A stretch of DNA of 63,776 nt, the filler included, from Folioceros fuciformis (lineage: Eukaryota), in NCBI GenBank assembly GCA_049999805.1. It is 10 parts of 10 records of this genome, joined end to end, with 100 filler letters (N's around TTAATTAATTAA, not from the genome) between each part and the next. Parts side by side here need not be neighbours in the genome. Positions count along the whole stretch, not along the records: positions 10,277 to 23,055 come from JBNGIO010002619.1; positions 23,156 to 26,558 come from JBNGIO010002622.1; positions 26,659 to 30,834 come from JBNGIO010002624.1; positions 30,935 to 45,293 come from JBNGIO010002625.1; 6 more parts are not named here. The stretch is one strand, 5' to 3'. Positions 22,523 through 35,833 of the stretch are shown one piece after another. The notes under the pieces are model-generated. The model saw only the letters and a program-made list of their open reading frames with translations, had not been told where the DNA came from and did not search any database. The position numbers and the translations under genes were made by a program. Position 1 is the first letter of the stretch. The number at the start of each line of letters is the position of its first letter.

Positions 22523-23055
22523 TTATAAGAAGTAGTCAGGAGCAGGCTTTTTGGAAGGCACGCCCCTTGCCTCCTAAAAGTAACAAACGTTTCTCACGTC
22601 AGCCAGGGCTTGGCAATGTAGAGCACGAAATCAAATAAAGCACTGACGCAATAAAAGACTGCAGATTCTAGGTGATACCTGGGGGGCTGCTTCAAACACC
22701 GTGAACTTCTTGTTCAGATGCTCGTCCAGCTCCAAAATGGCAGCCACATTCCCACACCTGTGGATAAGGCAAACTTTGTGACTCATGTCAACAACAGACA
22801 CAAAACGTACGCAAGACCCGTTGCACATTGTATGTACCTGTAGCAGTAATTTGGCGCTGACCAGACCGTCACAAGCTGATTATTGAACATCCCCTTGTAC
22901 CCCTCCATTACAAGCTGATGGGCACGACATATCAACTCAATTTTATTTGTATGGTTGAACGTTGTGACAACGTTTCCACCAAACAAGTAACCAGCCCCCC
23001 GAGGACTTAAACCCCACCCCTCAATTTCCTCAGGATCGGACCACAGAAGGTCACA
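22523..23055 (-). CDS. PPX: Ser/Thr protein phosphatase 4 catalytic subunit, 3' part (exons 23055-22838, 22757-22679, 22573-22523; 5' end lost in the gap)
   Basis: [29 protein letters not shown] and [20 protein letters not shown], with the C-terminus [11 protein letters not shown] typical of PP4. GT-AG introns of 80 and 105 nt. Confidence 0.9.
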
Positions 23056-23155
23056 NNNNNNNNNNNNNNNNNNNNNNNNNNNNNNNNNNNNNNNNNNNNT
23101 TAATTAATTAANNNNNNNNNNNNNNNNNNNNNNNNNNNNNNNNNNNNNNNNNNNN

Positions 23156-24457
23156 TTAGCAACTATTGGTAGGTCTTAGCCACTTGGTAGGTGTGCGTAG
23201 TTAAAGATGGCTGTGGCTAGTGGTAGGTAGGAAGCCGTTTGCCATCTTATGTAAGTAGAACGAAGAACTTGAGCTAGGGCCCCCATTCTTTGATTGTAAG
23301 TGTTTCGTGACGAATAGAGAACCAATTTTCGTAAGCCTGCGTGGACATCCTGGCGGAAGGGGGAGCTGCGAGTGCCCTTTCTGTTGCCAATCGCAAAAGG
23401 TTCTTGTGATGTCTGGTTGGGAGTCTTGAACGTAGGGAAACGTGGAGTTGGATCGTGTAGAAGGTGTTGTGAGGAGACTTGTGGGGAAAGGTGCTGGGTG
23501 TAGGTAGTTGGAAGTTGGTAGGGGAGGTATTGGGGCCCTTCCAAGTGAAGGAATGGTGCCTTCCTACGGACTGGACGTGTTGAAGGTACGCGCTGGGAAA
23601 GGTTGAATGTCATCGGCGAACGATAAACAAAGTTGGAGGGAGCGGAGTAGGCTTGGAGGAAAACTTGTTGGTCGCTGGGCGTAGGGAGACGAGCAGCTAG
23701 ATTGTGGGTAGAGGAAGGTGTTGTGGGTAGAGGAAGGTGTTGAGTGTAGGGAGGTAGAAATCGGTAGGGGAGGTACTGGGGCCCTTCCAAGTGAAGGAAT
23801 GGTGCCTACCTAGTGACGGGACATGTTGTAGGATTGGTAGGAACGTGATTGGAATGTAGAAATCGGTAGGGGAGGTACTGGGGCCCTTCCAAGTGAAGGA
23901 ATGGTGCCTACCTACTGATGGGACGTGTGGCCAGATTGGTAGGTACGTGGTTGGGAGAGTTGACTAGTGTAGGGGAGCAATAGATGTAGCTGACTAGGCT
24001 CAGAGGGGAGCGATTCCGGGGAAGCCTACAACGACCGTGGGATTGATGTGGCCACGATACATGTGAGCGGGTGCTTGGTAGGGATACCATGCCCGCTTGC
24101 CCACAGAGTTCCCGCATGCCACTTGGGGACTTAGAGTGCTTGCATGCAATATGGGACTTAGGATTCTTGCATGGAGCCCGGTCTAGCAAGTTCTTGCCCG
24201 GACCTCTTACCAAACCTTCTGGTTTGGTACCCAACCACTTATGCCCCCCTAACAGATCCATAAGACTCCTATCCCTCGGACAAATTCTTCTCCTTACCAT
24301 GCGTGAACACCCCACTCACATATATAGCCGCTGAAAAAAATAAAAATAGAAAATAAAATCAAAACCAACTAGGAAGGAACCAACCTTCCCTATACTAGCC
24401 GCATTTGTACAAATTGTACTAAAATTGGAACACTGGCCCAAAATTCTATGTTCCACA
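23156..24457 (+). mobile_element. 3' part and terminus (...TATGTTCCACA) of a family A element
   Basis: 23156-24105 matches 13428-14350, and 24110-24457 matches the segment ending at 1702. Contains ~100-bp internal repeats (gggcccttccaagtgaaggaatggtgcct). Confidence 0.8.
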
Positions 24458-26558
24458 CCCTCATACTAAAATCTTTCACATCCACATCCAACACGTCAAA
24501 TGATTGCAGATACCTCCAGCCTTCTACCAACAATCTTCCATGATCCTCATTCTGACCTCCAGACCTTGTGTTGTGCTTTCTCTGTACAACTTCTACTTCC
24601 AATCCTTCTTCCATGTTCACCTCAGAAACAAACGCATCCAATTGAAATTCTTTATAAGCCTCCTCCTCCTCACTCCAGCCCTTCCTTTTCTCCATTGTTT
24701 TAACTTCCTTGATCTTGACTCTGCTATTCTGGATGCTAGCCACCCTCAATCTATCAATTTCAACTTTTAAATTTGCTATATGTAACTCCAACAATTTGTG
24801 AGACTTCTCCACCCGACTTTGACCACCCAAGTAATCTCCACTAGATCCCCCAAACCGATTTCCTTCTGCTCTTTGCAAATGCTTAACATTCTTAACATTT
24901 TGAAACCCTTCCACATTCATGACAGGCTTCATATACTCGTTGTCCACTCTTGGCACATTTGTTTGCTACTGCCAATTTGGTCTTCATCTTGGCAAATAAT
25001 TATGTCAAGGAATTGCTACTAAAAATGAACCTCCCCTTCTATCTGTTTCAACTTTTCTTCCCATAGCCTTTAGCAACGCTCTAGCCTACTCATGCTTCTC
25101 TACAATTAGAAACATCTGATCCAATGTATATGTCTTACTATACAACAACGTTAACTCTCTAAAGACATCCTCCTTAATGTCCTCATCCAAATTACAAATG
25201 TACTTAAAGCACACTTCCATCTCGTTATGCATCGTCATATTTGTCACCAATTGGCTAGTCCAATTATAAAACATGAGTGTCGTTTCATCAGACCTTCTCC
25301 TCAAGTTTGCTAACTCCTCTATCTTCATAGCATTAACCGATGGAAATCTCATTTCCAACCGAGTGAAAAATTCTTTAAGAGGCTCAACGTGCTTACTAAT
25401 TACTACCAAATCTATAAAATTTCTTAAATAAAATTTGTAAGCATCACCACACATCAAGTTTCCTAACAAAGTAAATTCGTATCTAGGATCCAATTCAATA
25501 TCCTCACCTCCACACTCCTATAACTTGATCATATAACACATGCACATTAACTGATTGATGGACATTGACGACTTGGGGTGCCTTGAATACTTCTTACTTT
25601 TTGCAGGCAACACCACTCCACTTATGCCCTTCCTCTCCAGTCCGAAGCTTTCTCAACTGACAAACTCAACATTTGACTATTTGGTCTTCCACCAGCTCTC
25701 TTGCGCCATCTACTTCCCTTAACTGCCCTTGCACTCCCATAGGCTCTACAGTTCGATTTTGTACGTCCATAACAAGTTCTTTACCTTTGATCACAAACCC
25801 TCTCTCCTTGCATAAATGTCTCCATTCCTCATTTGACAGTTGCAGTCTCTCTTCTCTTGCTTCTACCCCTTCAAATATTTTATGCCTCTTACTCGTATCC
25901 CCATCAAGATCTACACTCTTGTGGAGGCAAAACCCCGGGCACTGATTGCCGACGGGTTCCACCTTTAGTGGCCACACTTATCCCACTGTCGTTGAGACAT
26001 TGGGTTTCGTTCCCACGAAGGAGCGATGGGGTTCCTTGCTGCTGTGGATGGAGGGTCGGACTTGATCGACTCGATGATGGATTCGAGGGCTCCCCTCCAG
26101 CTCCGATCAGGCGTAGGACAGGCCTCGCTGTCCGGCGGTCAGCTTCACCTCTCTCGGTGCCCACAAACTCACTCCAGTCACTACAACGACCCTAAGGCCT
26201 CAAACATGTTGCTATCCGTTCCGTTCGTCTTCACGGGACGGGACTGGTTGTGGGTACCCCTAGGTCTGGTGACCTAAGTCGGGTTCCGGCGGTGGCTGCA
26301 GGGCTCTGTCTCCTGGTCACGACTGGTGGCGGCTGTATGGCTCAGTCTTCTAGTGTCTTCTCTTGGCTTCAAGTTGGCGATGGTCATGAATCTCCTTCTC
26401 ATGGCTTTGGCTGCAACTGCATGGCGTCGTCTCCAGGCTTTGGGCCGTCAAGGGCTGGTGGCTCCTGGCGGTCGTAACAATGGGTGATTGTTATCTAGGA
26501 ATTCATGCTAGGGAGAAATAGTGCAAGAAAGTTTTGCAAGCCTCGTATTGTCCTTTCA
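24458..26558 (-). mobile_element. Degenerate LTR-retrotransposon gag-like region (probably Ty3/gypsy type)
   Basis: ORF 25086-25493 (...LEMRFP...LANLRRRSDETTLMFYN...FKYICNL) resembles a retrotransposon gag capsid. Multiple stops. Confidence 0.5.
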
Positions 26559-26658
26559 NNNNNNNNNNNNNNNNNNNNNNNNNNNNNNNNNNNNNNNNNN
26601 NNTTAATTAATTAANNNNNNNNNNNNNNNNNNNNNNNNNNNNNNNNNNNNNNNNNNNN

Positions 26659-29600
26659 CGTCCTCCAGTCTTTCCTCTTGAACTGATTCCGTCGGGATTG
26701 CTCCAGGGCTTCTGCTGCTATCACTAAATGCTCCCATATGCGCAAGAGCAAAGCTTTCGGCGAGGCCGACTTTTGTCCACCATAAACCACCTCGGACTAG
26801 TTGGCCCAAAGGTGAAAGAGACACGAAGACCACAGTAAGCCCCACCATTGGGTTTTCAGGAGAGGCTTGCCCGAGGCTGCGTCCAACCCGAATAGGGATG
26901 ATTGACTCATGATCCTGAGGTTAGCACTAGGAAAGATCAATCAAAGCCACCTGCCCAGCTCCCTCCACATCTCTTGAGCAAAACTGCAGTGAAAGAATAT
27001 GTGTTGGCTCTTGTTCGGAGCCCCCTCGGTGCACTGTCGACACACATCCTCACCCACTGGAGCTAATAGCCCATACCAGCGATCCGCATTAGGCAAACAC
27101 GCTTGAAAGAAACACCAAATCATAAACCTGACCTTGGGTGGGACTCCTATGGACTTCCATAGGAGCTTGATGGCTTCCCTTTGTCGTCGTCTAGCTAGCT
27201 GCAGTTGGGGCGCAATTGGTTGTCTTTGCTTGACTTTCTGCGCTCGCACCAACTAGAGGAACAGATCCGCCGTTGGGAAGTTGAAGAAAGATCGAGAAGT
27301 ATCCTTCTTGCACCCCGGACGCTTGGGCCACCTGTAAAGATCTAGTCTAAAGGTCAGAGCCCAGTTCTCACCTAATCGGAACCAACACTGAACCTTTGTT
27401 TTATCGGAGGTACGTGACTCAATTGGGCATTCGCCTGCCATGTACCATCGCCCTGCCCAAGCGGATTTACAGAGGACAGTGATAGCCCGCAGCTCTCCCG
27501 CTCGGCTTTCCCCATCGTCCTACCCTGCACTTCCAAAGAACCGTCAGGAGCCACGACCTGGAACGACTCCAGCATCTCTTTGCCATCAGCTCTTGCAAAC
27601 CAGATCGCCCTGTCCAGATCCACTACTTCGTCATGCTCATCCTCCTGTTCTGACTCGCTTCCCCTACTATCCATGGAGTAAGCGTACCACCCTTCCTCTC
27701 CCATGGTAGATTTCTGCCTTAAGAGCTGTTGCACCTTTTCCTCTAATCCCTCATGCAACCATGAAAAAATGAACCTGACGTGCCGGGCCCCAATGCCAAA
27801 CTCCCCTTTGACCTCCGCTACTTCCTTCCAGCGGGACTCAACTCTGTTCCATAAATGTCCAAGCCGGATAACGCCTTTCCGACAAGCCAGCCCGAAGATT
27901 TGTGACCGATATACCCTAGACCTGAAGTCTTGTACCCATAATCTCGAGAAGCCCTGCAAAGGGATACCAAGAACATCATCCACATGGGAGAAGTTGCTCG
28001 GAAGAACATAATGTTTGACCTCTAGATAACTACTCCAAATAGACTTAAAAAGCAGGGAGCAATCTGTAGTATCCAATAGCGGTTTGTCGGCCAGAATGTT
28101 ATCTATATGCCTCCTACCCCTGGGGACAACTTGGGTGCAATCCAAGTGCTGTGTTAGAAGGCTCTTCCAAGGATAGTATGCCGGATCAGCTGCCCTAACA
28201 ACCCACTGCGCATGCAAAACTTTCATCTTGGCAACCGGGTCCACCACCCCAAGACCCCCCAATCCATGCGGCTGAATAATATGCTGCCAAGACACCTTAG
28301 AACACCCTGCCATACTATCTTCCGAACGCTTCCACAAGAAAGAAGTCAGCACCTGTTGTAAGCGCCTCACCTCTGACTTAGAAGGGGCCCACAAAAACAA
28401 ATAGTACCAAAGAGTTGCAGTTAGGATATGGTTGATCACCACCAACCTACCTGCCAAATTCAGCTCCAACAATTGTAAACCACTCGCTTTTCGAATGAAC
28501 CTAAGACAGACGTACTTACCTATCTCCCCATTCTCATCCCCTTCTTGGAAAGGAAGCCCCAAATATTTGTGAGTAGACCCCAGGGTCACTCGACTGATGT
28601 GGTTAATACACTGAGGGGGCTCTCCCTCCATGTGAAGACACATCATGCGCGTCTTGTTCCAATTCACCTTGCAGCCCGAAAGCTCACCAAAGACCTTAAC
28701 CTGTTGGAGCAACGCTTTTAATGAGGCCTCCTCTGCGAAGGAAAAAAGAAGAGTATCATTTGCGAATGCAGAAACCCTTAGCTGTGTCTCATCTGAGTTC
28801 CGAATACCCACCACTGCCGGGTTTTGCTTGACAACTCTAAGAAAGAAGTCAGTAACGATAATAAATAAAAACGGAGCAAGGGGGCATCCCCGACGTACCG
28901 ACCGGGAGATTTCGAAATGCTTTGTAAAAGAACCATTGACAGCTACCTTCGCACCTGCGTCTTCACACAAAATGGCTATCCATCTGCAGAAGTTATTCCC
29001 AAAGCCAAAACTACGTAGGCATCGCCATAAGAAGTGCCACTCAATTGAATCATAGGCCTTGTAGAAGTCAAGGGAAATGAAAACAACAGCTTTCTTCTAT
29101 ACCTGTGCGTTGTATTTAGCCTCCCTCAAAAGAAGTAGGTTGTCCAGGATGCACCTATTTTGAATGAATCCTCTCTGTACTTTCTCAATCCAATCATCAA
29201 GAAATGGAGTAATTCAGTTAGCCAGTACCTTAGCAATCACCTTGTACGTGGTAGTGAGTAAGGTAATCAGGCGCCAGTTGGATATTGACAAACTTGCGTC
29301 TTGCTTAGGCAGTAGGGAGATAACCCCCAAATTGAACCAACCCCCCATGCTACCCTCCTCCCAGCACGTGTTAATCGCCTCCATGAATAGCGGCTGCATA
29401 AATTCCCACCCCTAGAGTAGGAATTCGGGGGGAATACCATCATGCCCTGGATTTATCCCTCAGCATCCCCTCCAGAGCCCGGAACACCTCATTGGCAGTT
29501 ATCAGCTGATCCAGAGCCCTGCATTGGTCTTTGGACGCTTTGGCCGAAAACGCACCATATGTCGAAGACCAAAGCCGTTCCCACCCTGCCATCTTCCCAA

Positions 29601-30834
29601 GACTAGAGAAAATGCCAACAAAGAAGAGGGTAATAAGGGCTTTTAGACCTTCAAGCGACTCTTGCACCACGCCATGCGCGTCTGGGAGGGCTGGGATTCG
29701 CGTCCTATGCCGGTTAGTAGCCACCTTGTTGAAGAAGAATTCAGAGGGGCCATCCCCCTCCCTTACCCACTTCACTTTGGCCCGCTTAAACCATCCTCTG
29801 GCCCTGTCTTCTTCCAGCTTAGCCAAGGCACATTGCACCTCCGTTCTTCGAACCTCTTCTGCACTTGTGAGGTCCCGGCCCTCACAGCTCCTTTGTAACC
29901 AGCCCGAGTCCTCCCTCAGAAAACATTCTTGCTGACGTTGCTCTCTTGCTCGTTGAACCCCTCGCCTCCGCAGGTACCTAGTCGCTTCCTTGTTAGCACG
30001 CATCAATTTGATCACCGCATTCTCTTCTTCTTGTGCCACTCCCTGCCAAATGGTTTTGATATCTTCAAAGACACCTTTCTCCTTCAGTAAGGAGGTGTTC
30101 ATCCGAAAATGTTGCATGAGTCTCCTTGGGCGCTCTGACCCAAGAGCGAGCCTCAAATGCAAACTAATAGGGTGGTGGTCAGAAAGTATCGTACCAGCAA
30201 GGATACTGTACGACTCAACGAAAGCCAACCAACCTGCCGGTAAATAAAACTTGTCCAACCTGCGTGCTCCCAGATTCTGGTGTTGTTGGTTGGACCAGCT
30301 GAACATCAAGGACTGTGGTTGGCAATGCGCCGGAAGGGCCACCCAAGGATCCTGCACTGCTAAGACTGTATCTCTCAGCTCCTGCCAAGACATAGGCACC
30401 GCCCGGACATCAACTGGACTATCGCCACAAATGTCCTCACGGCTTTCAACAAAGTTGAAGTCACCAGCCAATAGCCACGGAATCTGCACATCAAGCTGCG
30501 CACCAAGCCTGCACTAGAGAAAATTCCTATCGACAGCAGCATTAGGCGCGTAAATATTGCAAATTCCAACCGGACCTTGAGAAGTTTGTAACACCAGCCA
30601 CACAGACCTCCCATCCTCATCCTGCCCCAATTCTAGGATGTTATGAGTTTGCTCAGGGTGAACTGTAATGGACACTCCGCCACGGGTCGCTGAAACTCGT
30701 TGAAAGGGGATCTGACCCCCGCTTGTCTCTCCTACTCTAGCAGCTGCCCAAACCGTTCTCCCATGAAGAAAGATTTTCTTCACTTTCTGAATATGCTCCA
30801 GTGATAGTTTATGCTCTTGCAAGCAAACCACATC
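26659..30834 (-). mobile_element. Non-LTR retrotransposon (LINE, L1-like) ORF2, degenerate
   Basis: AP endonuclease motifs VCLQEHKL, NIYAPN, AGDFN, RLDKFY and SDHHPI. RT motifs NWRLITLL, DFYKAYD, VRRGCPLAPFLF and FANDTLLF. C-terminal zinc finger CRQC...HIFFHC. Several in-frame stops. Confidence 0.93.
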
Positions 30835-31554
30835 NNNNNNNNNNNNNNNNNNNNNNNNNNNNNNNNNNNNNNNNNNNNTTAATTAATTAANNNNNNNNNN
30901 NNNNNNNNNNNNNNNNNNNNNNNNNNNNNNNNNNCGCCAATCCACCCTCGCCCTGGCCTGGATTCCCGCCTTGTCCTCATCTGCCTCACCACAATTCACC
31001 GCCATCCCCCGACCATCTTCCTCTCAGGCTGTGTGTGTGGATTTTTGTTACCGCCTTCTCTGCGCGCACGGTAGGATTTCGTTTGCGCTACACATTCTCG
31101 TTTTTCCACTAGGGAAGAAACCGGCTGCACAAAACCATTTGTCCCCGTCCGTTTCCACGACTCTTGGAGTGGTGTGAGCTTTGTCGTCTTGGTTTTCAGG
31201 TGTTCGATAGTTCTACTCTCTGGGAAGAGGAAAGTAGGTCGCGGTAAGATCAATTCCTTGCATTGCGACCTTCGGTCAAGGTTCGGTCATTCTCCACAGA
31301 TAGATTGCTACAGTGTTTGAAAGGATTTCAGAAAACAGAGATACAGTGCGTATCGGAAGTTCGAGTTTTCTTCGAATCGTGTGTTTGTGCACAGCTCAAC
31401 TGGCACGGGTTTTGAAAAATTCACATTTTCAAGCGGAGCAGAAAGACGGTGCTGCAGGGAGTGGCGTGTTCGTGGGAGGATGAATCTGGGGCGTTACAGG
31501 ATGTGAAAAGGGCCGGGTGTTGAGACAATTGAGGGAATCTGGGTGAGCAGCATC

Positions 31555-33699
31555 ATGTACGGTGGCAGAGACAGGGACAGTCCTTCCGTGCCTTTACTAC
31601 GGAATGGTTATGCAGGGCGCAGAACTCTTGCTTTCGAGCCCTTCGCGGCTGAGGAGGAGGAGGAAAGGGCGTATGAGAAGTCTGAGCAAATTGATGTTGC
31701 GGCGTATGACAAGGATGAGGCGGAGGATGAGAATGCAGACTTTTTGCCCAAGTTTTCCTGGAAAAAGCTTTGGATCTACACGGGGCCAGGGTTTCTCATG
31801 AGCATTGCGTACCTTGATCCCGGAAACATTGAAAGCGATTTGCAGGTTGGAGCTCAGGCCGGGTATACATTGCTTTGGCTTTTGATGTGGGCCACGGTGA
31901 TGGGGCTGCTGATTCAATTGCTTGCAGCTAGGATCGGGGTGGCTACGGGTCGTCATCTTGCTGAGCTGTGTAGAGACGAATATCCTGTGTGGGCCAGGTT
32001 GGTGCTATGGGTGTTGACAGAGTTTGCCATCATCGGGGCAGACATCCAGGAGGTGATAGGCAGTGCTATCGCTTTTCGTATTTTGTCCAACGGGAGGATA
32101 CCCCTTTGGGCAGGTGTGCTCATCACTGGAATCGATGGGTAAGCTTCTCGATGTTCTGGTCAAATAGTCTGTGTCCATTGATGTGGCTGAGGCATCAGCA
32201 ACAAGACGGTAACCTTGTGCGGTTCCCCTGTGTGCAGATTTTTGTTTCTGTTTCTGGAGAGCTTTGGGGTGAGGAAGCTGGAAGCTCTGTTTGGGGCTTT
32301 TATCTCCATTATGGCCGTTTCCTTTGCTTGGATGTTCTTCGAAGCGAAGCCTGATGCGGGGGCGACCATCTCGGGTGAGTATTGCTCTCTAGAGTTTCTG
32401 GGGATGGCTCTCTTAGTCGAAGCTAGTCCTTGAATGAACGTTATCTGCATATCAGAGAGTGCTTGCAGTTGGAAGCAAAACGCATCGCCTAACGAGCCTT
32501 GGATATGCAGGTCTCATCATCCCAAGAATTCCAGGCCAGGCTTTGGACAAAGCAGTGGGCATTGTAGGGGCAGTCATCATGCCTCATAATATCTTTCTGC
32601 ACTCTGCTTTGGTGCAGTCGCGTGCTATTGACTCGAGTAAGAAGAGCAAAGTCCGAGACGCCCTCAGATACTACTCCATCGAGTCCTCCATCGCTCTCTT
32701 CATATCTTTTATTATCAACGTGTTCATCATGGCAGTGTTTGCCAAAGGTTTCTATGGGAAAGCGGAGGCTGATTCGATTGGTCTTCTAAACGCTGGTACA
32801 AATTGTGTGCTTATGCTGTCGTCACTCTATTTAGCTGTACCTCCTGCCATGTAGGGCTCATGGTTGTTTTGTTGACTGCTTGAAGGAGAATACCTACAAC
32901 GGGAGTACGGTGGTGGGTTTTTTCCCATTCTGTACATATGGGCTATAGGGCTACTGGCAGCAGGTCAAAGTAGCACGATGACTGGTACCTACACTGGGCA
33001 GTTTGTCATGGCGGGGTTTTTGAATCTTAAAGTGAAGAAATGGATCCGTGTTTTCATCACCAGGAGTGTGGCCATCATCCCAACAATCCTAGTTGCTCTT
33101 CTTTTTGACAACTCGGAGAATGAGCTGGACCTTGTAAATGAGTGGCTCAACGTGTTACAGTCTGTCCAACTGCCATTTGCTTTGATTCCTCTTCTCGTCC
33201 TCGTTGCTAACGAAAGAATCATGGGAGTGTTTGCAATCGGGATGTTGACAAAGGTGAGAGAGCCGTCCTCTCCACGTGAAATTGCATTATCTTTCTTCAC
33301 AGTTAACTTGACTATTGTCCCTGCAATTCACAAACTGAATGACGTGCAGGTGGTCGCTTGGTTAATTGCGCTTCTTGTGCTTCTGATCAATGGCTATCTT
33401 TTGGTTGCCTTCTTCCTGCTCGAGAAAGTCGACACACCACTTGTGATCGCCCTACTCCTCTTTGGCGCGGTTGTATATGTGGCTTTCATCTTGTACCTGA
33501 TACTTGAGCCGCTGCTAAAGGACGGTGGCTTGAAGTTTCTGAGTTGGAAGGCCTCCATTCCAGGGTTAGTGCTTCAAGAGTGAGCCGCCCCTAACTGGAT
33601 CTCCATCGTCTCAGTTCTCAAATCTCTCGCTTTCTTTGCAGGGACAAGGAAAACAGTGCGGGTCACGAGACAACGAACGACTTGCCAACTGCCTCCTAG
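31555..33699 (+). CDS. NRAMP: NRAMP divalent metal transporter, NRAMP2/3/4-like (exons 31555-32138, 32238-32374, 32511-32795, 32886-33253, 33350-33564, 33642-33699)
   Basis: [51 protein letters not shown] and [16 protein letters not shown] introns keep the frame. The last short exon is less certain. Confidence 0.95.
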
Positions 33700-35833
33700 G
33701 GACCTTCCACCATCACATCTGCTCATCATAACCATATCCCACGGTACTAACTGACTTGTAACCGCGGGGATACAGTAAAAAAATGTAGAGTCACTGGAAA
33801 CGACTATTTAGATTGAGGCAGTCGATGGCTACCTCAATCTGAATACTATCTGGATTCGGTACTAAGTTGGGTCGGGGGTCAGCTGGGTGAGTTGTACCGT
33901 TGAACACCTGATACTTTTATTCAGTTAAAGCCGCAATCCGGACGTGTGAGAGGTTTGTACACTGCTGTTATGACTATTACTGGAGAGAAAATACTATTCC
34001 TATTATGCTACAAATGCTGCATCGGTTGAGTGTGAAGTACTCGCTCACTTCAAAGGATCTTCTGAACAGTATCTTCATCAGAAAAAGGAAACCAAATAAC
34101 TCATCTGCTGACTTTAGCAACCCCATGTAGATCTGGAGAAGGGTGCCAAGCTTGTCGGGTACCGCCCACAGTCAGCGCGCTGGCCTCCCTCTTCAAATCT
34201 GTGGGTGGCAACTCCTGTTTAACAACAAACAGGAATCTTGCCAACCTTGCAAGATGTCCGATGAGCATGCGGCTGCTGGGAGCAGTCTCTTCTGTTGGGA
34301 TGAAACAGTGTGTTACATAGAGGAATCATAACCCTTGCGGAAGATTCTTTTCCCAGGTTTGTTTTGAATACTTTAAAAAATATTAAAAAACATTTCGATT
34401 AGGTGAGAAGATGTATATGCTTTCAATTATCAAATTGTGAGGATGATAGTTATCCAATTGGTCAGTATGCCTAGTTGAGAAGGGAGTAGATCGGTCATTT
34501 GGCTTCGGCAGGGCGGCTGGAGCACGGAGCTTGGCGCCTGGTTGGCAGGTAGTGGTTTACCTCTTGCTACCACTTGGTGTGATTTGTAGCAGCTTGAGCT
34601 TGAGGTTTGATGGAAGTGATGTTTTGGCTGTGCGGGGCATTTGCATGCGTCTGAGAGCGACCTTTGTGCTCACGTCCTTTGCGCTTTGAAGAATTTTGAA
34701 AGGCTGCAGACTGTCTGTCCTACATGTCAAGCCTCAGCTGCCGTGGTGCTCACTGGACGGTCCTGCGGTCCTCTTTCCGCTTGTTCTAGGGTTTCTGTTG
34801 CAGTTAGATTCCATACATCCTTCAATCTCGTGCGTTAACGTTTGGTTGCTTGTTCAGGTGTGGAAAGTTGCAAATGTAGATGTTTAAGGGCCCGCCCTTC
34901 ATGGCCCGTAGGCTGCCTTGGTCATCCCTGCTTTGGCAGGGACTTTTGTGGGTCTCCGCGTACATCTTTGTGGCGCTGATTGCAGCATTTCCTGGGGTCT
35001 ACAGAGCGGTGATCGTCTTTCTCGGATGACGGGAATCTTCTCCTCTTTACGCCTGCCCTCTCTAACAGAATTTGGGTTGTTTCGTTTTACTTCTGAAAGG
35101 ATTCCTCGCTCACAACCCGAGTCTGAGAGGACCTGAATCCACGACACGGGCGCTTTTCGGCGCTGCTGTTTTCTGTTGTTCCTCCTCCTCTTTGGAGGGT
35201 AAGGGAATTGTTCTCAGTTTGAGACTCTTGACTGTACAGTGCAAAGCAGCAGCTTTTTTGGAGTTGTGGTACAGTTCTTGACTAACTAACCAGTTGCGCT
35301 ATTGTGATGGGTCTGAGGGCACGAATAAAATCGGGTCCACAGTTTGGACAAATTTTGCTACTGACACTGCAAAGTGGAATTGATCACATTCGCGCAGCAC
35401 CAGGTAACATCCCACGGTTCGGCAGGCATCCATGCACACGTTTGCATCTATCAGAGATGGAGATGAGAAAATCGGGTTTTCAGTTGCCGGCCAGTCTCAC
35501 CTGGTGCCTACTCCTCCATACCGTCGTTGGACATCTGTCTAGCTAGAGCATCAAAAGGATTGCTTTGACAAAGGATAAGCCAGATCATGTACTCTTGTTG
35601 AGAGGAAAAAAAAAACTTGGAAGGCAGTCCAGGATACAGACAAGGATACAGAACCAGTTTCCGTACTTGGAAGTCCGCCATCAAGAGAAACGAGGCTGCA
35701 TCCAATACCAGTTGAAAGTGTGAGCTCACATCTGTTTTGCAACAATGTTTTGTAAGGATACAAGCGACAACAGTGAGGCCATCTCTGCGGTCCGAGGAAG
35801 ACGTAAGGCCAGCTGACACGAGGATGGACGCTT

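Noticed and set aside
34100-35800. Short ORFs between NRAMP and SNRNP48
   Set aside because: No recognisable domain or consistent exon chain; cannot support a gene or RNA.
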